From: Promethearchaeia archaeon
GTDB lineage: Archaea > Asgardarchaeota > Lokiarchaeia > Sigyniarchaeales > SOKP01
Reading direction: 5' to 3'
Length of the DNA: 6,320 nucleotides
Assembly (NCBI GenBank): GCA_046497275.1
Contig: JAWOFX010000144.1
Coordinates: forward strand, 1 to 6,320
Below, piece after piece: positions 5,371-6,320 of the stretch. Position 1 is the first letter of the stretch; each line of letters begins with the position of its first letter. Below the pieces are notes generated by a model, which saw nothing but the letters and a program-made list of their open reading frames with translations, searched no databases and was not told the origin of the DNA. The translations under genes and the position numbers were made by a program.

Positions 5371-6225
5371 TTAATTAGTTTTTGTCATATAACGATAAAT
5401 ACTTCCCCAAATATACTCATCATTTCGCTCTTTGGCTTCGAAATTATTAGTATGAAGCCATTTTGTTAATGCTTCCTTAGTTTGAGTGTCATAAGTTCCA
5501 TCTATCTTTCCGCTATAAAAGCCACTATTTTTTAACACTTCTTTCACCTTTTTTAGAACATCTCCCTTTAATTCCAGAATATCATCAGGATCTTCCCTAT
5601 TTAATATACATAAATCATAAACTTCAAAGACTTTTCTAAGTTCCTTTATCGGATAAGGATGCTCATCCACACGAATGTCAACGTATATATCAGTCCCTCC
5701 ATCATAAGCTCCCTTTTCCTTTACAATTAGAATTGCTGCGGATTCTCTACCTCGTTTATCTCCACCAGCAGCTTGACCAGATTCTAAGGCAGCAAATAAT
5801 TTATCGATTAAATCTCCCGAAGTATTCTCATAAGATCTTGCCATATCTTTCACCACATTTTCACTTGCGAGAATATTTCCTTGACAACAATAATTTTCTC
5901 CTATAACATGACCTGCCCAATCAAAACACTCTTCTCCTGTAAAAGATGCTGGATTGCCATATTTATCAATAATACCGATTTGTCTTTGTTCTTTCTCCTT
6001 ATCATCTTTAGTTAGTATATCAATAGTCTGTCGTGCTGTAAAACCCATATTTAATAATGTTAATCCTTTTGGACCGTAACTGGTATTTGCAAGAGCTTGT
6101 GTGGCAATAGCTCCAACTTCTGCAACAGCAAATGGCACGACTGCACCAACTGCCACAAATTTGGATTGAACAGCAATACCCCACTCCCGAGTTTTCTTAT
6201 CAAATGCGACAATTGAAAATGTCAT
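5371..6225 (-). CDS. DUF1028 family protein (Ntn-hydrolase-like, COG3342) with C-terminal putative peptidoglycan-binding-like domain
   Basis: 284 aa. MTFSIVAFD..T.EWGIAVQS...VGAVVP...VGAIATQA, RQIGIID, CQGNILASE, AGGDKRGRESAAILIV and DIRVDEHPYP are DUF1028 hallmarks. The C-terminal LKNSGFYSGKIDGTYD..TKEAL resembles a PG-binding three-helix module. SD-like GTGA (TCAC at 6235-6238 on the plus strand). Confidence 0.9.
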   Translation of the reverse strand: MTFSIVAFDKKTREWGIAVQSKFVAVGAVVPFAVAEVGAIATQALANTSYGPKGLTLLNMGFTARQTIDILTKDDKEKEQRQIGIIDKYGNPASFTGEECFDWAGHVIGENYCCQGNILASENVVKDMARSYENTSGDLIDKLFAALESGQAAGGDKRGRESAAILIVKEKGAYDGGTDIYVDIRVDEHPYPIKELRKVFEVYDLCILNREDPDDILELKGDVLKKVKEVLKNSGFYSGKIDGTYDTQTKEALTKWLHTNNFEAKERNDEYIWGSIYRYMTKTN

Positions 6226-6261
6226 TGTTATGATTCACTTTTACTTGATTTTTATATGTAT

Positions 6262-6269
6262 TATATAAA
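6262..6269 (-). promoter_or_regulatory. Archaeal TATA box candidate for the DUF1028 gene
   Basis: Minus-strand TTTATATA, a match to the archaeal consensus, about 40 nt upstream of the ATG at 6225. This leaves room for a short 5' UTR containing the GTGA motif. Confidence 0.5.
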
Positions 6270-6320
6270 GAAAGTATAATTTGTTTTAGTTTATTATATT
6301 TACTTTATTATATTTTGTAA

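Noticed and set aside
6290-6315. Direct repeat TTTATTATATTT x2, 14 bp apart, upstream of the DUF1028 gene
   Set aside because: Low-complexity A/T sequence at the window edge that cannot be distinguished from background.

Overview
Very AT-rich window with archaeal-style expression signals: GTGA(T)-type ribosome-binding motifs, a TTTATATA box, and oligo-T tracts rather than GC-rich hairpins after stop codons. The host is probably an archaeon; an Asgard/Lokiarchaeia-like lineage is a guess. Left to right: a divergent aldo-keto-reductase-fold gene running off the left edge on the minus strand (missed by the ORF track); four co-oriented plus-strand genes linked to metal binding or transport; an orphan 80-aa helical ORF (minus); a phytoene-dehydrogenase-like FAD oxidoreductase (plus); and a convergent DUF1028 Ntn-hydrolase-like gene (minus). 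The four-gene block holds a 39-aa, 9-Cys peptide with three CKCGGGC repeats (902-1021, not in the ORF track), a 4-TM cytochrome b561-like protein retaining one His pair, a 47-aa Cys4/His3 peptide (1967-2110, not in the ORF track) and a ZIP/ZupT transporter. The main candidate for an undescribed system is this metal-homeostasis cluster built around a eukaryote-like metallothionein candidate, for which a RiPP precursor is the alternative reading. All functions are inferred by manual translation and motif recognition; no searches were run.
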